Below are positions 39,930 to 49,811 of a stretch of DNA of 64,000 nucleotides, piece by piece; position 1 is the stretch's first letter, and each line of letters starts with the position of its first letter. A program made the translations under genes and the position numbers. The notes under the pieces were generated by a model, which was not told the origin of the DNA, did no database searches, and saw nothing but the letters and a program-made list of their open reading frames with translations. The stretch comes from an uncultured Bacteroidales bacterium (GTDB lineage Bacteria > Bacteroidota > Bacteroidia > Bacteroidales > P3). Location of the stretch: assembly GCA_910578275.1 (NCBI GenBank), contig CAJTPR010000005.1, forward strand, positions 109,030-173,029, in the 5' to 3' direction.

Positions 39930-40595
39930 TTATCGTGTCGTGTCGGCGACGATCCGGCCGTCTTTCATTTCGATGCGGCGGTCGGACATGGAAGACAGGT
40001 CGCCGTTATGGGTCACGATGACGAACGTCTGCCCGTAGTTTTCTTTCAGGTCGAAGAAAAGTCGGTGAAGCGACAAGGCGTTGGCCGTGTCCAGGTTGCC
40101 CGACGGCTCGTCGGCGAAGATTACCTGCGGCCGGTTCATCAGGGCGCGCGCCACGGCAACCCTTTGCTGTTCCCCACCGGAGAGCTCGCCCGGCTTGTGG
40201 TCTTTTCTCGCCTCAAGCCCTAAGAATTGAAGCAGTTCCAAGGCCCTTTCCTTTGCCGCACGGGGCTTCTCTCCGCCAATCAGGGCCGGCATCATTACAT
40301 TTTCGATCGCGCTGAATTCGGGTAGCAGATAGTGGAACTGGAACACGAAACCGATTTGCCTGTTGCGGAAAGCCGCCATTTTCTTGGCGGAAAGCCCGTA
40401 CAGGTCGGTGTCGTCGAAAAGGACCCTGCCGCTATCGGGCTTGTCGAGGCTGCCCATGATTTGCAACAACGTGGTCTTTCCCGCTCCCGAGGCACCGGTT
40501 ATGCAGATCACCTGCCCCGGTTCGATGTTCAGGTTCACCGATTTGAGCACTTCAAGGTTTCCGTAACGCTTGCAGATGTTTTCTACGCGAATCAT
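39930..40595 (-). CDS. lolD: ABC transporter ATP-binding protein, LolD/MacB-type
   Basis: 221 aa. Walker [10 protein letters not shown], signature [15 protein letters not shown], Walker [13 protein letters not shown]. Confidence 0.8.
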   Translation of the reverse strand: MIRVENICKRYGNLEVLKSVNLNIEPGQVICITGASGAGKTTLLQIMGSLDKPDSGRVLFDDTDLYGLSAKKMAAFRNRQIGFVFQFHYLLPEFSAIENVMMPALIGGEKPRAAKERALELLQFLGLEARKDHKPGELSGGEQQRVAVARALMNRPQVIFADEPSGNLDTANALSLHRLFFDLKENYGQTFVIVTHNGDLSSMSDRRIEMKDGRIVADTTR

Positions 40596-40844
40596 GAACG
40601 TAAAGATACGGTAAATTTCAGGATCGTGTCATGTCGCTTCCTTTTGCGGATTCCGAAATATTGTTTTATTTATAAGGAATGGTAAATTTGCAATGCTTCG
40701 GGAGCGGATGCCGGAACCCGTCCTTCCGGAAAGGAGCGCATTCCGGTGCCGCTTCCGTTGCGGGAGGCTTCCTTGTAATAATAAAAATTTTTTTATTTTG
40801 CATAATGATTTTGTGATAAAATTTGCCATTATTACAATAATTCA

Positions 40845-40852
40845 TATTTTTG
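40845..40852 (+). promoter_or_regulatory. -7 promoter box (TATTTTTG)
   Basis: Perfect TAnnTTTG in the AT-rich divergent intergenic region, 81 nt before the ATG at 40933. Confidence 0.35.
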
Positions 40853-40932
40853 CCTGGTTGCATATGTCTCTGGCATGTGTGGCCGGACAAGACCGGGACA
40901 TGAAATTGCGTAATCAGTTAAGATGAATTGTC

Positions 40933-41742
40933 ATGAAAAAGGGAATCATGTGTTTGTTTGCAGTCATGGCGGCCGGCTTTTTGCCGGTATCGTGCGACAA
41001 GGCGCCGGGTTTGCCTGCGGAAGAAGTGAACGGGATGACGATGGTGTTGCTTCCCGCGGGAGAGTTCATGATGGGAAGCGATGAGGGCGGAGCGGACGAG
41101 AAGCCGGTGCACAAGGTCGCCTTGTCGGCTTTTTGGATCGGCCGGACCGAAGTGACGAATGCGCAGTATGCCCGTTTCTTGAACGATGTGAAGCCGGACG
41201 ACGGGCAAATCGAGAAATATGTCTACAGTGACTACTCCAAGTTGTCGAAACGGGAAGACTCCTGGCAGGTGGAGGCCGGTTTCGAGGATTGTCCGATGGT
41301 TTGGGTGTCGTGGTACGGCGCGGAGGCCTATTGCAAATGGGCGGGAGGCCGTTTGCCGACGGAGGCCGAATGGGAATATGCCGCCAAGGGAGGCAGGGAT
41401 TGCAGGTATTCGGGAAGTAACAAGCTCGGCGAGGTCGGATGGTTTGTCGAAAACAGCGGCAACGAGATTCATCCCGTCGCCAAGAAGAAAGCCAACGGCT
41501 ACGGCCTTTACGATATGAGCGGCAATGTATGGGAGTGGTGCGCCGATCGCTGCGACGAGGCTTATTACGGGGTTTCTCCCGGGAAGGATCCGCAGGGGCC
41601 GGCCGAAGGCGCCCGTCGCTTGTTCCGTGGCGGAAGTTTCGCCGACGGCTCGTCCGTGAGCCGGGTGTCGCGCCGTGCCTGCAACTATCCCGTCAATTGC
41701 AGTTACGAGCTAGGCTTCCGTGTGGCGCGAAGCGCGGAATAG
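40933..41742 (+). CDS. FGE-sulfatase (SUMF1/EgtB/PvdO) domain lipoprotein
   Basis: Lipobox GFLPVSC|DK. Contains FWIGRTEVTNAQYARF, VSWYGAEAYCKWAGGRLPTEAEWEYAAKGG, YDMSGNVWEWC and RGGSF. Confidence 0.8.
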   Translation: MKKGIMCLFAVMAAGFLPVSCDKAPGLPAEEVNGMTMVLLPAGEFMMGSDEGGADEKPVHKVALSAFWIGRTEVTNAQYARFLNDVKPDDGQIEKYVYSDYSKLSKREDSWQVEAGFEDCPMVWVSWYGAEAYCKWAGGRLPTEAEWEYAAKGGRDCRYSGSNKLGEVGWFVENSGNEIHPVAKKKANGYGLYDMSGNVWEWCADRCDEAYYGVSPGKDPQGPAEGARRLFRGGSFADGSSVSRVSRRACNYPVNCSYELGFRVARSAE

Positions 41743-41894
41743 TATTTGCCGGCAGTTGCGCCGTTTTCCGTCGATGTGCGCTTCCGGCTCGTCAAACGCC
41801 GGGTGTTGATAACTTGTTTTTGCATGGTTGTAAGTGTTTATGCCTGCGCGAAATATAATCGTGCAAAAGCCTTTTTTTCTCTCATTTTTTTGTT

Positions 41895-41902
41895 TATCTT
41901 TG
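41895..41902 (+). promoter_or_regulatory. -7 promoter box (TATCTTTG) for thrS-infC-rpmI-rplT
   Basis: Perfect TAnnTTTG (TTATCTTTGCC), 37 nt before the thrS ATG. Confidence 0.5.
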
Positions 41903-41938
41903 CCCTCCCTTTTGTAAAAGAGGAATGTTTTTTATAAG

Positions 41939-43873
41939 ATGATGATAAACATAACATTACCTGACGGCTCGGTGAAGCAGTACCCGAAGGGCGTGACGCC
42001 CTTGGAGGTGGCCCGGGGCATTAGCGAAGGTTTGGCACGCAACGTCCTGGCCGCCAAGGTCGGGGACTCGATATGGGATGCCACGCGTCCCATAGAGGAA
42101 GACTGCGACCTTACCCTGCTTACGTGGCAGGACGAGGGCGGCCGTGCCGCTTTTTGGCATTCTACGGCCCACTTGGCCGCCGAAGCCATCGAGCAGCTTT
42201 ATCCGGGGGCCAAGTTCGGCATCGGTCCCGACATAGATACCGGATTTTACTACGACATAGATTTCGGCGACAGGGAAATTTCGGCCGATGACTTCGGGAA
42301 GATAGAAAAACGTGTCATGGAACTGGCCGCCGAAAAGCAGGCTTTCGTGCGCAAGGACGTCAGCAAGGCCGACGCCATCGACTATTTTACCAAGAAAGGC
42401 GACGAGTACAAGGTGGAACTGTTGCAAGATCTGGAAGACGGCAAGATCACGTTCTACACCAACGGGACCTTTACCGACCTTTGTCGCGGTCCGCACCTTC
42501 CCGACACCTCGTTCATCAAGGCCTTCAAGCTCACTTCGGTGGCGGGGGCCTATTGGCGCGGCGACGAGCATCGCAAGATGCTTACCCGTATCTACGGGGT
42601 GGCTTTCCCCAAGCAGAAGGATCTCAAGGAATACCTTGAATTCCTTGAAGAAGCCAAGAAGCGCGACCACCGCAAGATAGGAAAGGACATGGAACTTTTC
42701 ACGTTCTCGCCCAAGGTGGGAGCGGGTCTGCCCATCTGGCTGCCCAACGGCACGGCGATGCGCGAACAGCTCGAAAGGTTCCTCAAGCGTGTCCAGCGCA
42801 AGGCCGGTTACGTGCAGGTGATGTGTCCGCATATCGGCAACGTGGAGTTGTACAAGACTTCGGGCCACTACGAGAAATACGGAAAGGACTCCTTCCAGCC
42901 CATCAATACGCCCGTGGAAGGCGAACAGTTCTTCCTCAAGCCCATGAATTGCCCTCATCACTGCGAGGTATATCGTTCCAAGCCTCATTCGTACAAGGAT
43001 CTTCCTTTGCGGATCGCCGAGTTCGGGACGGTTTACCGTTACGAGCAGAGCGGCGAATTGCACGGGCTTACGCGGGTTCGCGGTTTTACACAAGACGACG
43101 CCCATATTTTCTGTACCGCCGACCAGCTCAAGGCCGAGTTCGAGTCGGTTATCGATATAATCCTGTTGATTTTCAAGACGCTCCATTTCAAGGAATATTC
43201 GGCTCAGATTTCCTTGCGCGACAAGGTGGATCACAGCAAGTATATCGGTACGGACGAGAATTGGGAAAAAGCGGAGAAGGCCATTATCGAAGCCTCCAAG
43301 GAAAAAGGGCTCAATACCTATGTGGAATACGGGGAAGCCGCTTTCTACGGTCCCAAGCTGGACTTCATGGTCAAGGACGCCTTGGGTCGCAAGTGGCAGC
43401 TGGGTACGGTCCAGGTGGACTACAACCTGCCCGAACGTTTCGGGCTGGAATACGTGGGCGCCGACAATCAGAAGCATCGTCCCATCATGATTCACCGCGC
43501 GCCTTTCGGTTCGATGGAGCGTTTCGTGGCGGTGCTTACCGAGAACACGGCGGGCAAGTTCCCGTTGTGGATCACGCCGGTACAGTTCAGCGTCCTGCCA
43601 ATCAGCGACAAATACCTGGACTATGCCAAGGAAGTGAAGGCCATGTTGGAGGATTACGACCTGCGCGGCGAAGTGGACGACCGCAGCGAAAAGACCGGCC
43701 GCAAGATCCGCGATGCCGAAATGCGCCATATCCCCTACATGTTGATCGTAGGCGAAAAGGAAGCCGCCGAACGCAGCGTTTCGGTGCGCAAGCACGGCGA
43801 AGGCGACCTCGGGGCCTTGAAATTGGAAGATTTCATCGCCAAGGTCGCTCACGAGGTCAAGGAATACTTGTAA
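41939..43873 (+). CDS. thrS: Threonine--tRNA ligase
   Basis: 644 aa. TGS domain ([24 protein letters not shown]), editing domain, class II core (FRGDEHRK..., [11 protein letters not shown]) and anticodon-binding domain. Confidence 0.95.
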   Translation: MMINITLPDGSVKQYPKGVTPLEVARGISEGLARNVLAAKVGDSIWDATRPIEEDCDLTLLTWQDEGGRAAFWHSTAHLAAEAIEQLYPGAKFGIGPDIDTGFYYDIDFGDREISADDFGKIEKRVMELAAEKQAFVRKDVSKADAIDYFTKKGDEYKVELLQDLEDGKITFYTNGTFTDLCRGPHLPDTSFIKAFKLTSVAGAYWRGDEHRKMLTRIYGVAFPKQKDLKEYLEFLEEAKKRDHRKIGKDMELFTFSPKVGAGLPIWLPNGTAMREQLERFLKRVQRKAGYVQVMCPHIGNVELYKTSGHYEKYGKDSFQPINTPVEGEQFFLKPMNCPHHCEVYRSKPHSYKDLPLRIAEFGTVYRYEQSGELHGLTRVRGFTQDDAHIFCTADQLKAEFESVIDIILLIFKTLHFKEYSAQISLRDKVDHSKYIGTDENWEKAEKAIIEASKEKGLNTYVEYGEAAFYGPKLDFMVKDALGRKWQLGTVQVDYNLPERFGLEYVGADNQKHRPIMIHRAPFGSMERFVAVLTENTAGKFPLWITPVQFSVLPISDKYLDYAKEVKAMLEDYDLRGEVDDRSEKTGRKIRDAEMRHIPYMLIVGEKEAAERSVSVRKHGEGDLGALKLEDFIAKVAHEVKEYL

Positions 43874-43946
43874 TAACTAATTTCAGGAGGACAGCACCAT
43901 CGCTATCACGAGTAACAGAAGTCAAAACCGGGGTTTCCGCGCTCCC

Positions 43947-44522
43947 GTGAAGAGGGAGCCCGAACACCGGATCAATCGCCGGATTACCGCGCCGGTAGTG
44001 CGCGTAGTGGGCGAAAATGTGGAAACGGCCATCATGCATCTCAAGGATGCGTTGAGGGTGGCGGAAGAATTGGAATTGGACTTGGTGGAAATTTCGCCGG
44101 CGGCCAATCCTCCCGTCTGCAAGGTCATCGATTACCAGAAGTTCCTTTACGAGCAGAAGCGCAAGCAGAAGGAAATCAAGGCCAAGAGCGCCAAGATCGT
44201 GGTAAAGGAAATCCGTCTCGGGCCGCAGACCGACGACCATGACTTCAACTTCAAGTTGAACCATGCCAAGCGGTTCCTTTCGGAAGGTTCCAAGGTGAAG
44301 GTGGACGTTTTCTTCAGGGGACGTACGATCGTCTACAAGGAACAAGGCGAAGCCATCCTGCTCAAGTTCGCCGAAGCCCTTCTGGAATACGGCCGCCCCG
44401 AAAGCATGCCCAAACTGGAAGGCAAGCGAATGTTGATGATGATCCAGCCCGTAAAGGCCGCGCCCAAGAAACCCGCAGGCAAACCCGCCGCGACGGAAGA
44501 ACAAGATAAAAACCAACAATAA
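43947..44522 (+). CDS. infC: Translation initiation factor IF-3
   Basis: HRINRRITAPVVRVVGENVE..., ELDLVEISPAANPPVCKVIDYQKFLYEQKRKQKE. The track start is the GTG at 43947. The frame is open from 43881, with ATC codons at 43899 and 43905, so the true (possibly non-canonical) start is uncertain. Confidence 0.85.
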   Translation: MKREPEHRINRRITAPVVRVVGENVETAIMHLKDALRVAEELELDLVEISPAANPPVCKVIDYQKFLYEQKRKQKEIKAKSAKIVVKEIRLGPQTDDHDFNFKLNHAKRFLSEGSKVKVDVFFRGRTIVYKEQGEAILLKFAEALLEYGRPESMPKLEGKRMLMMIQPVKAAPKKPAGKPAATEEQDKNQQ

Positions 44523-44531
44523 TTCAAGATC

Positions 44532-44726
44532 ATGCCAAAGTTAAAGACCAAATCGGCTGCAAAGAAAAGGTTTTCTTTCACCGGAACAGGCAAGATTAAA
44601 CGTAAACACGCTTTCAAGAGTCACATCTTGACAAAAAAAAGCACCAAGCGTAAACGTAATCTGACCTATTCGACCATCGTTCACCAAGCCAACGAGGCGG
44701 CGGTGCGCGACATGTTGAATCTGTAG
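44532..44726 (+). CDS. rpmI: 50S ribosomal protein L35
   Basis: 64 aa [36 protein letters not shown]... Confidence 0.95.
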   Translation: MPKLKTKSAAKKRFSFTGTGKIKRKHAFKSHILTKKSTKRKRNLTYSTIVHQANEAAVRDMLNL

Positions 44727-44852
44727 GCTTTCGCCTCCTGTAGGGCGTTCCGGGAATCCGCCTTGAACCAATTCCCGCAAAACAAATTATTAATTGATTA
44801 TGAGCACAAAGTTTCCTGAAAGAACGGAACGCTCATACAAAAAACGAAAAAG

Positions 44853-45197
44853 ATGCCAAGATCAGTCAATGTGGTTGCCGCCAGGGCACGCAGGAAAAAA
44901 ATGCTGAAATTGACCCGTGGTCAATTCGGACGCAGGAAAAACGTGTGGACAGTCGCCAAGAACTCCCTTGAAAAAGGTTTGTTGTATGCCTATCGCGACC
45001 GGAAAGCCAAGAAAAGAAGTTTCCGCAACCTTTGGATCGTACGTATCAACGCCGGTATCCGTCCCTACGGAATGTCGTATTCCGCGTTCATGGGCAAGCT
45101 TCATCAGAAGAACATCGACTTGAACCGCAAGGTTCTGGCCGATTTGGCGATGAATCACCCGGAAGCCTTCAAGGCTGTCGTGGATAGCGTAAAATAA
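44853..45197 (+). CDS. rplT: 50S ribosomal protein L20
   Basis: 114 aa [30 protein letters not shown]...RKVLADLA. Confidence 0.95.
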   Translation: MPRSVNVVAARARRKKMLKLTRGQFGRRKNVWTVAKNSLEKGLLYAYRDRKAKKRSFRNLWIVRINAGIRPYGMSYSAFMGKLHQKNIDLNRKVLADLAMNHPEAFKAVVDSVK

Positions 45198-45202
45198 ACG
45201 GC

Positions 45203-45246
45203 AAGCCGAGCGCAGAGCCCAAGTTTGCTTGGACTATGCCGAGGCG
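45203..45246. repeat. Single dispersed copy (opposite orientation) of the core of the 78-bp repeat unit
   Basis: AAGCCGAGCGCAGAGCCCAAGTTTGCTTGGACTATGCCGAGGCG matches the reverse complement of the 16.8-17.1 kb unit at 38-39 of 44 positions (my hand alignment). It lies directly after the rplT stop. Confidence 0.8.
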
Positions 45247-45305
45247 CCGCGTTATTGCACACGAAGTGCGAAATAGAGTCGTTAACACAATAAATATCAG
45301 AAATC

Positions 45306-45659
45306 ATGAGCAAACCGGCATTAATGCAATTTGTTGACACGCTCACAAAAAGCAACGAGCTGCCTGCTTTCAAGGCGGGCGACACCATAACCGTAAGTTA
45401 CAAGATCAGGGAAGGTAACAAGGAACGTATCCAGCAGTTCCAGGGCGTTGTCCTGCAACGTTCGGGCAGCGGTACCACGGCTACCTTCACCGTAAGGAAA
45501 ATGTCGAGCAACATCGGTGTGGAAAGGATTTTTCCCGTGAACTCTCCCTTTATCGAAAAAGTGGAAGTGAACAAACGCGGGATTGTCCGTCGCGCCCGTA
45601 TTTTCTACCTGCGTAACCTTACCGGCAAGAAGGCTCGTATCAAAGAACGTCGTTACTAG
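45306..45659 (+). CDS. rplS: 50S ribosomal protein L19
   Basis: 117 aa ...[33 protein letters not shown]... Confidence 0.95.
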   Translation: MSKPALMQFVDTLTKSNELPAFKAGDTITVSYKIREGNKERIQQFQGVVLQRSGSGTTATFTVRKMSSNIGVERIFPVNSPFIEKVEVNKRGIVRRARIFYLRNLTGKKARIKERRY

Positions 45660-45687
45660 GCATACATTCTGCTTAGTAGATCTGCTG

Positions 45688-45727
45688 AAAGGCTGCATGG
45701 CGCGAATACGTGTCAGGCAGCCTTTTT
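45688..45727 (+). terminator. Probable intrinsic terminator after rplS
   Basis: AAAGGCTGC ... GCAGCCTTT stem (9 bp, 20-nt loop) running into T5. Confidence 0.55.
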
Positions 45728-45745
45728 GGCGTATTCACACCACTC

Positions 45746-47227
45746 ATGCAGGCGACGCGTATCAAAGACGACATAAGCGGTTTTTCATACCTTTCCCGAC
45801 AGCTGGATCTGCAGTCGGGCGTGGGGCGTGAACTGCTTTCGCGTGCGCGGTGGTACCGGAAAGGAGAGGAACCGGAACTGTTGGTGGAATTGTCGCGCAT
45901 AGAGCGGATCAAGGACCTTGTGCGTGAAGGACGGACCTTTACGCTCGAGAAATTGAAGCGCAAGTTTTCGCAAGTGTTGGACATACGCGGCACGTTCGCC
46001 CTCCTGCAAAAAGGCGACGTGGACGACGTCCAGTTGTTCGAGGTGAAACGGTTTGCGCTGTTGACGCGCGATTGCGCGGCTTTCGTTTCCGAGTTGACGC
46101 GCGATTGCGCGTTTCATCCCGCTCCGGCGGGTTTTCCGGATTTGGGCGAAGTGGTTTCCATTCTGGATCCGAGGAACGAGAACCTGCCCGCTTTCTACAT
46201 TTACGATGAATATGACGCGCTTCTGGCACGAAAGCGCAAGGAAATACAAGTCCTGTCAAGTTCCGGGACGGACGAGGAGACGATGGGCAAGATCGCTTCC
46301 TTGCAGGAAGAATGCCTGGCCCTGGAACAAGGGGTGCGTCTGGAACTGGCGCGCCGCTTGAGCGCGCACGTGGATGCCTTGCAGGAATCCATGCGCCTTG
46401 TGGCCTATTGGGACCTGTTGACGGCCAAGGCCTACATGGCGGCCGGATACGGTATGGTCATGCCTCGTTTGCAGGAACCGTCCGTTCCGGTGCGGTTGCG
46501 TTACAAGGGTTTGTTCCATCCGATGGTGAAGCGGATCTTGGAAGAAAAGGGACATCGTTACCAACGAATCGACGTCAGCCTCCAAAAAGGCCCCTGCTTG
46601 CTTACGGGTGCCAACATGAGCGGGAAGACGGTGCTGCTCAAGAGCATTGCCCTTTCCCAATGCTTGTTGCAGTCTGGCTTCCTGGTTCCGGCCGAAGAGG
46701 CCGACATGGTATTGTTCGACAGGGTGGAACTCCTCGTGCAGGACGGGCAGGACGAGGAACGGGGGCTTTCCTCGTTCGGTGCCGAGATGCAACGTCTCAA
46801 CACGGTGTTCGGACAGTTGCGGCAAGGCGTGGACACGCTCTTGCTCGTCGATGAGTTGGCGCGTACCACGAATCCCGACGAGGGAAAGGCGATAGTCTGC
46901 GCGGTATTGGAATCCTTGCAGTCGTTGCCTTGCGTGGCGATGGTAAGCACCCATTACGGGCCTGTTCCCAATCCCGTGCGGCGTTTGCGCGTGCGGGGAT
47001 TCCGCCAGGACTGGCTGACGGGACGCATGGCGGAAACGCTTGTCGCGCCGCAAGACATGGAATCCCGTTTCGACATATCCCATATCCAGTCTTGCATGGA
47101 TTATTCGTTGACCGAGGAAGAGTCCGGGGGAAAACCTCCGGCCGAAGCTTTGCGCATAGCCGGTCTTCTGGGTTTCGACGCGGAGGTATTGGCGTTGGCC
47201 GGGAAATATCTCGAAAGGAGAATATAA
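45746..47227 (+). CDS. MutS-family (domain V) ATPase lacking the mismatch-binding N-terminus
   Basis: Walker A LTGANMSGKTVLLKSIAL, SSFGAEMQRL, Walker B LLLVDELARTTNPDEG. The ATG at 45746 was chosen because the track GTG start (45710) lies inside the rplS terminator. It is co-directional with kamDE, 27 nt upstream of kamD. Confidence 0.75.
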   Translation: MQATRIKDDISGFSYLSRQLDLQSGVGRELLSRARWYRKGEEPELLVELSRIERIKDLVREGRTFTLEKLKRKFSQVLDIRGTFALLQKGDVDDVQLFEVKRFALLTRDCAAFVSELTRDCAFHPAPAGFPDLGEVVSILDPRNENLPAFYIYDEYDALLARKRKEIQVLSSSGTDEETMGKIASLQEECLALEQGVRLELARRLSAHVDALQESMRLVAYWDLLTAKAYMAAGYGMVMPRLQEPSVPVRLRYKGLFHPMVKRILEEKGHRYQRIDVSLQKGPCLLTGANMSGKTVLLKSIALSQCLLQSGFLVPAEEADMVLFDRVELLVQDGQDEERGLSSFGAEMQRLNTVFGQLRQGVDTLLLVDELARTTNPDEGKAIVCAVLESLQSLPCVAMVSTHYGPVPNPVRRLRVRGFRQDWLTGRMAETLVAPQDMESRFDISHIQSCMDYSLTEEESGGKPPAEALRIAGLLGFDAEVLALAGKYLERRI

Positions 47228-47254
47228 CCGAAAAAAGGAAAACATAAACATAAG

Positions 47255-48817
47255 ATGGAGCGAACAAAAAGCAAATTAGGCCTTGATTTTGACAAGGTGA
47301 AGCAGGCGCGGACGGCTGCCGGCAACATCGCCGCGCAGGTGCAGCGTTTCGTGGACGGATATACGACCGTCGCCACGGAAAGGACGATTGCCCGCCTGTT
47401 GGGAATAGACGGTGTCACCGCCGACGGGGTGCCTTATCCCAACGTGGTGGTGGATGCCATGAAAGAAGCCGGCCTGCTGGGCGAGGGCGTCATGTTCGTG
47501 GTGGGCAACGCCGTCGTGCAGACAGGCAAGACGCCGCAACAGATCGCCCAGGAAACGGGAGAAGGCGCATTGGACTTGTCGAAGATTGCCGTGGCGGACG
47601 CCGGAAAGCGTCAGGCCGCGCTCAAGCCCTATGTGGACGCTTCGATGGAACGGATACGCGCCCGTCGCGCCCGTCGCCAGGAATATCTCCGTACCATCGG
47701 CGAAGGCCCTAAACCCTACCTGTACGTCATCGTGGCCACTGGCAACATCTACGAGGACGTTACCCAGGCACAGGCTGCCGCAAGGCAAGGGGCGGACATC
47801 ATCGCCGTTATCCGTACCACCGGCCAGAGCTTGTTGGATTACGTGCCTTACGGTGCCACCACCGAGGGATTCGGCGGCACGATGGCCACCCAGGAAAACT
47901 TCCGCATCATGCGCAAGGCCTTGGATGAAGTGGGCGAGGAAGTAGGGCGATATATCCGTCTTTGCAATTATTGTTCGGGGCTTTGCATGCCCGAGATCGC
48001 CGTCATGGGCGCGCTGGAAGGCTTGGACGTCATGCTCAACGATGCCCTTTACGGCATCCTTTTCCGCGACATCAACATGCAGCGCACGTTGGTGGACCAG
48101 TATTTTTCGCGGGTCATCAACGGTTTTGCCGGTGTCATCATCAATACCGGCGAAGACAATTACCTTACCACCGCCGACGCGGTGGCCGAGGCGCATACCG
48201 TGCTGGCTTCCGACTTCATCAACGAGCAACTGGCCTTGTTGGCGGGGCTTCCTCCCGAACAGATGGGGCTGGGGCACGCCTTCGAGATGGATCCCAAGCT
48301 GGAGGACGGCTTCTTGATGGAACTGGCGCAAGCCCAGATGTTGCGCGAGATCTTCCCTGCCGCGCCGCTCAAATACATGCCGCCCACCAAGTTCATGACC
48401 GGCAACATCTTCCGCGGTCATTTGCAGGACGCGCTCTTCAACATGATCGGCATCTGGACGCATCAGGGGTTGCAGTTGTTGGGTATGCCGACGGAGGCCA
48501 TCCATACGCCGTTCATGAGCGACCGTTACCTTTCCATCGAGAACGCCCGATATATCTTCAACAACATGAAGAGCATAGGCGAGGAAATGGAATTCAAGGA
48601 AGGCGGCATCGTCCGCAGGCGTGCGGCCGAAGTGCTTGACAAGGCTGTTTCCTTGTTGGAGGAGATGGAAAAGGAAGGGCTTTTCTCCGCACTCGAAAAA
48701 GGCATCTTCGCCGACATCAAACGCCCCAAGAATGGCGGAAAAGGCTTGCAGGGCGTGGCGGAAAAGAGCGCCCGTTATGAAAACCCGTTTATTGACTTAA
48801 TGAAGAAAGGAGCTTGA
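47255..48817 (+). CDS. kamD: Lysine 5,6-aminomutase alpha subunit
   Basis: 520 aa. The N-terminus MERTKSKLGLDFDKVKQARTAAGNIAAQVQRFVDGYTTVATERTIARLLGIDG and the overall length fit KamD. Followed by the B12-binding beta subunit. Confidence 0.85.
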   Translation: MERTKSKLGLDFDKVKQARTAAGNIAAQVQRFVDGYTTVATERTIARLLGIDGVTADGVPYPNVVVDAMKEAGLLGEGVMFVVGNAVVQTGKTPQQIAQETGEGALDLSKIAVADAGKRQAALKPYVDASMERIRARRARRQEYLRTIGEGPKPYLYVIVATGNIYEDVTQAQAAARQGADIIAVIRTTGQSLLDYVPYGATTEGFGGTMATQENFRIMRKALDEVGEEVGRYIRLCNYCSGLCMPEIAVMGALEGLDVMLNDALYGILFRDINMQRTLVDQYFSRVINGFAGVIINTGEDNYLTTADAVAEAHTVLASDFINEQLALLAGLPPEQMGLGHAFEMDPKLEDGFLMELAQAQMLREIFPAAPLKYMPPTKFMTGNIFRGHLQDALFNMIGIWTHQGLQLLGMPTEAIHTPFMSDRYLSIENARYIFNNMKSIGEEMEFKEGGIVRRRAAEVLDKAVSLLEEMEKEGLFSALEKGIFADIKRPKNGGKGLQGVAEKSARYENPFIDLMKKGA

Positions 48818-48818
48818 C

Positions 48819-49607
48819 ATGAGCGGCGGATTATATTCGACATCGCACGAAGAAATAGACAAGACGTACGATCCCAAGAAGATCAAGCCGTACGGCGACA
48901 CGATGAACGACGGCAAGACGCAACTGAGTTTCACCTTGCCCGTGCCTTGCGGCGAGGAAGCCGTGGAAGCGGCCAAGCAGTTGTTGCGCAAGATGGGATT
49001 CGATAACCCGCAAATCGTGTATTATCACGAACTGACGGAAGGTTTCACGTTCTTCAACGCCTACGGCGCTTGCACGCACACGGTCGACTACACGGACATT
49101 CACGTGCCCAAGGTTGAATCGTCGGTGATGGGCATGGAAGAGACCGACGCCTACATCAAGGAACATATCGGTCGCAAGATCGTGGTGGTGGGTGCCAGCA
49201 CGGGAACGGACGCGCACACGGTGGGCATCGACGCGATCATGAACATGAAGGGTTTCGCCGGGCACTACGGCCTGGAACGCTACGAGATGATCGACGCCTA
49301 TAACCTGGGAAGCCAGGTTCCCAACGAGGAGCTTATATCCAAGGCTCTCGAACTGGAGGCCGATGCGATATTGGTGTCGCAGACCGTCACGCAAAAGGAC
49401 GTCCATATCCAGAACATGACACAGATGATCGAGATGCTGGAAGCCGAAGGTCTGCGCGACAAGTTGATCGTTTGTTGCGGCGGCCCGCGGATTACCTACG
49501 AATTGGGCAAGGAACTCGGTTTCGACGCCGGTTTCGGCATGAATTCGTATGCCGACGACGTGGCTTCCTACCTGGCGCAGGAGATTGCCGTGCGCAAGGG
49601 AAAATAG
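48819..49607 (+). CDS. kamE: Lysine 5,6-aminomutase beta subunit (B12-binding)
   Basis: 262 aa. Base-off/His-on cobalamin motif DAHTVG in VVGASTGTDAHTVGIDAIMN, with a Rossmann-like B12-binding domain. Confidence 0.85.
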   Translation: MSGGLYSTSHEEIDKTYDPKKIKPYGDTMNDGKTQLSFTLPVPCGEEAVEAAKQLLRKMGFDNPQIVYYHELTEGFTFFNAYGACTHTVDYTDIHVPKVESSVMGMEETDAYIKEHIGRKIVVVGASTGTDAHTVGIDAIMNMKGFAGHYGLERYEMIDAYNLGSQVPNEELISKALELEADAILVSQTVTQKDVHIQNMTQMIEMLEAEGLRDKLIVCCGGPRITYELGKELGFDAGFGMNSYADDVASYLAQEIAVRKGK

Positions 49608-49639
49608 GTCGCCTGAAAGCCGACGACTGCGAACAGCAA

Positions 49640-49681
49640 GGCGTGGCGAACCGGCCGGAAAGGCTTCGTCGCGCCTTTTTT
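49640..49681 (+). terminator. Rho-independent terminator after kamE
   Basis: 11-bp stem GGCGTGGCGAA/TTCGTCGCGCC (two G-T pairs), 14-nt loop, then T6. Confidence 0.7.
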
Positions 49682-49811
49682 GATTCTTTCAAGGATTATT
49701 TGATATTGCGTGTTGAAAATCGCTGCCAGACGAACGGTTTCCGGGTCGACGCATCTCCTCTTGCGGATACCTGGCCGTTCGTCCGCCGGTTTTCGGAATG
49801 GAATTCGGGAA

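Noticed and set aside
46061-46111. An 18-bp direct repeat (TTGACGCGCGATTGCGCG, two copies spaced 33 bp apart) inside the MutS-like gene, considered as a possible regulatory or recombination site.
   Set aside because: It is in-frame (LTRDCA twice) within a continuous ORF. It is most simply a small internal duplication, and it is mentioned under the MutS-like finding only.
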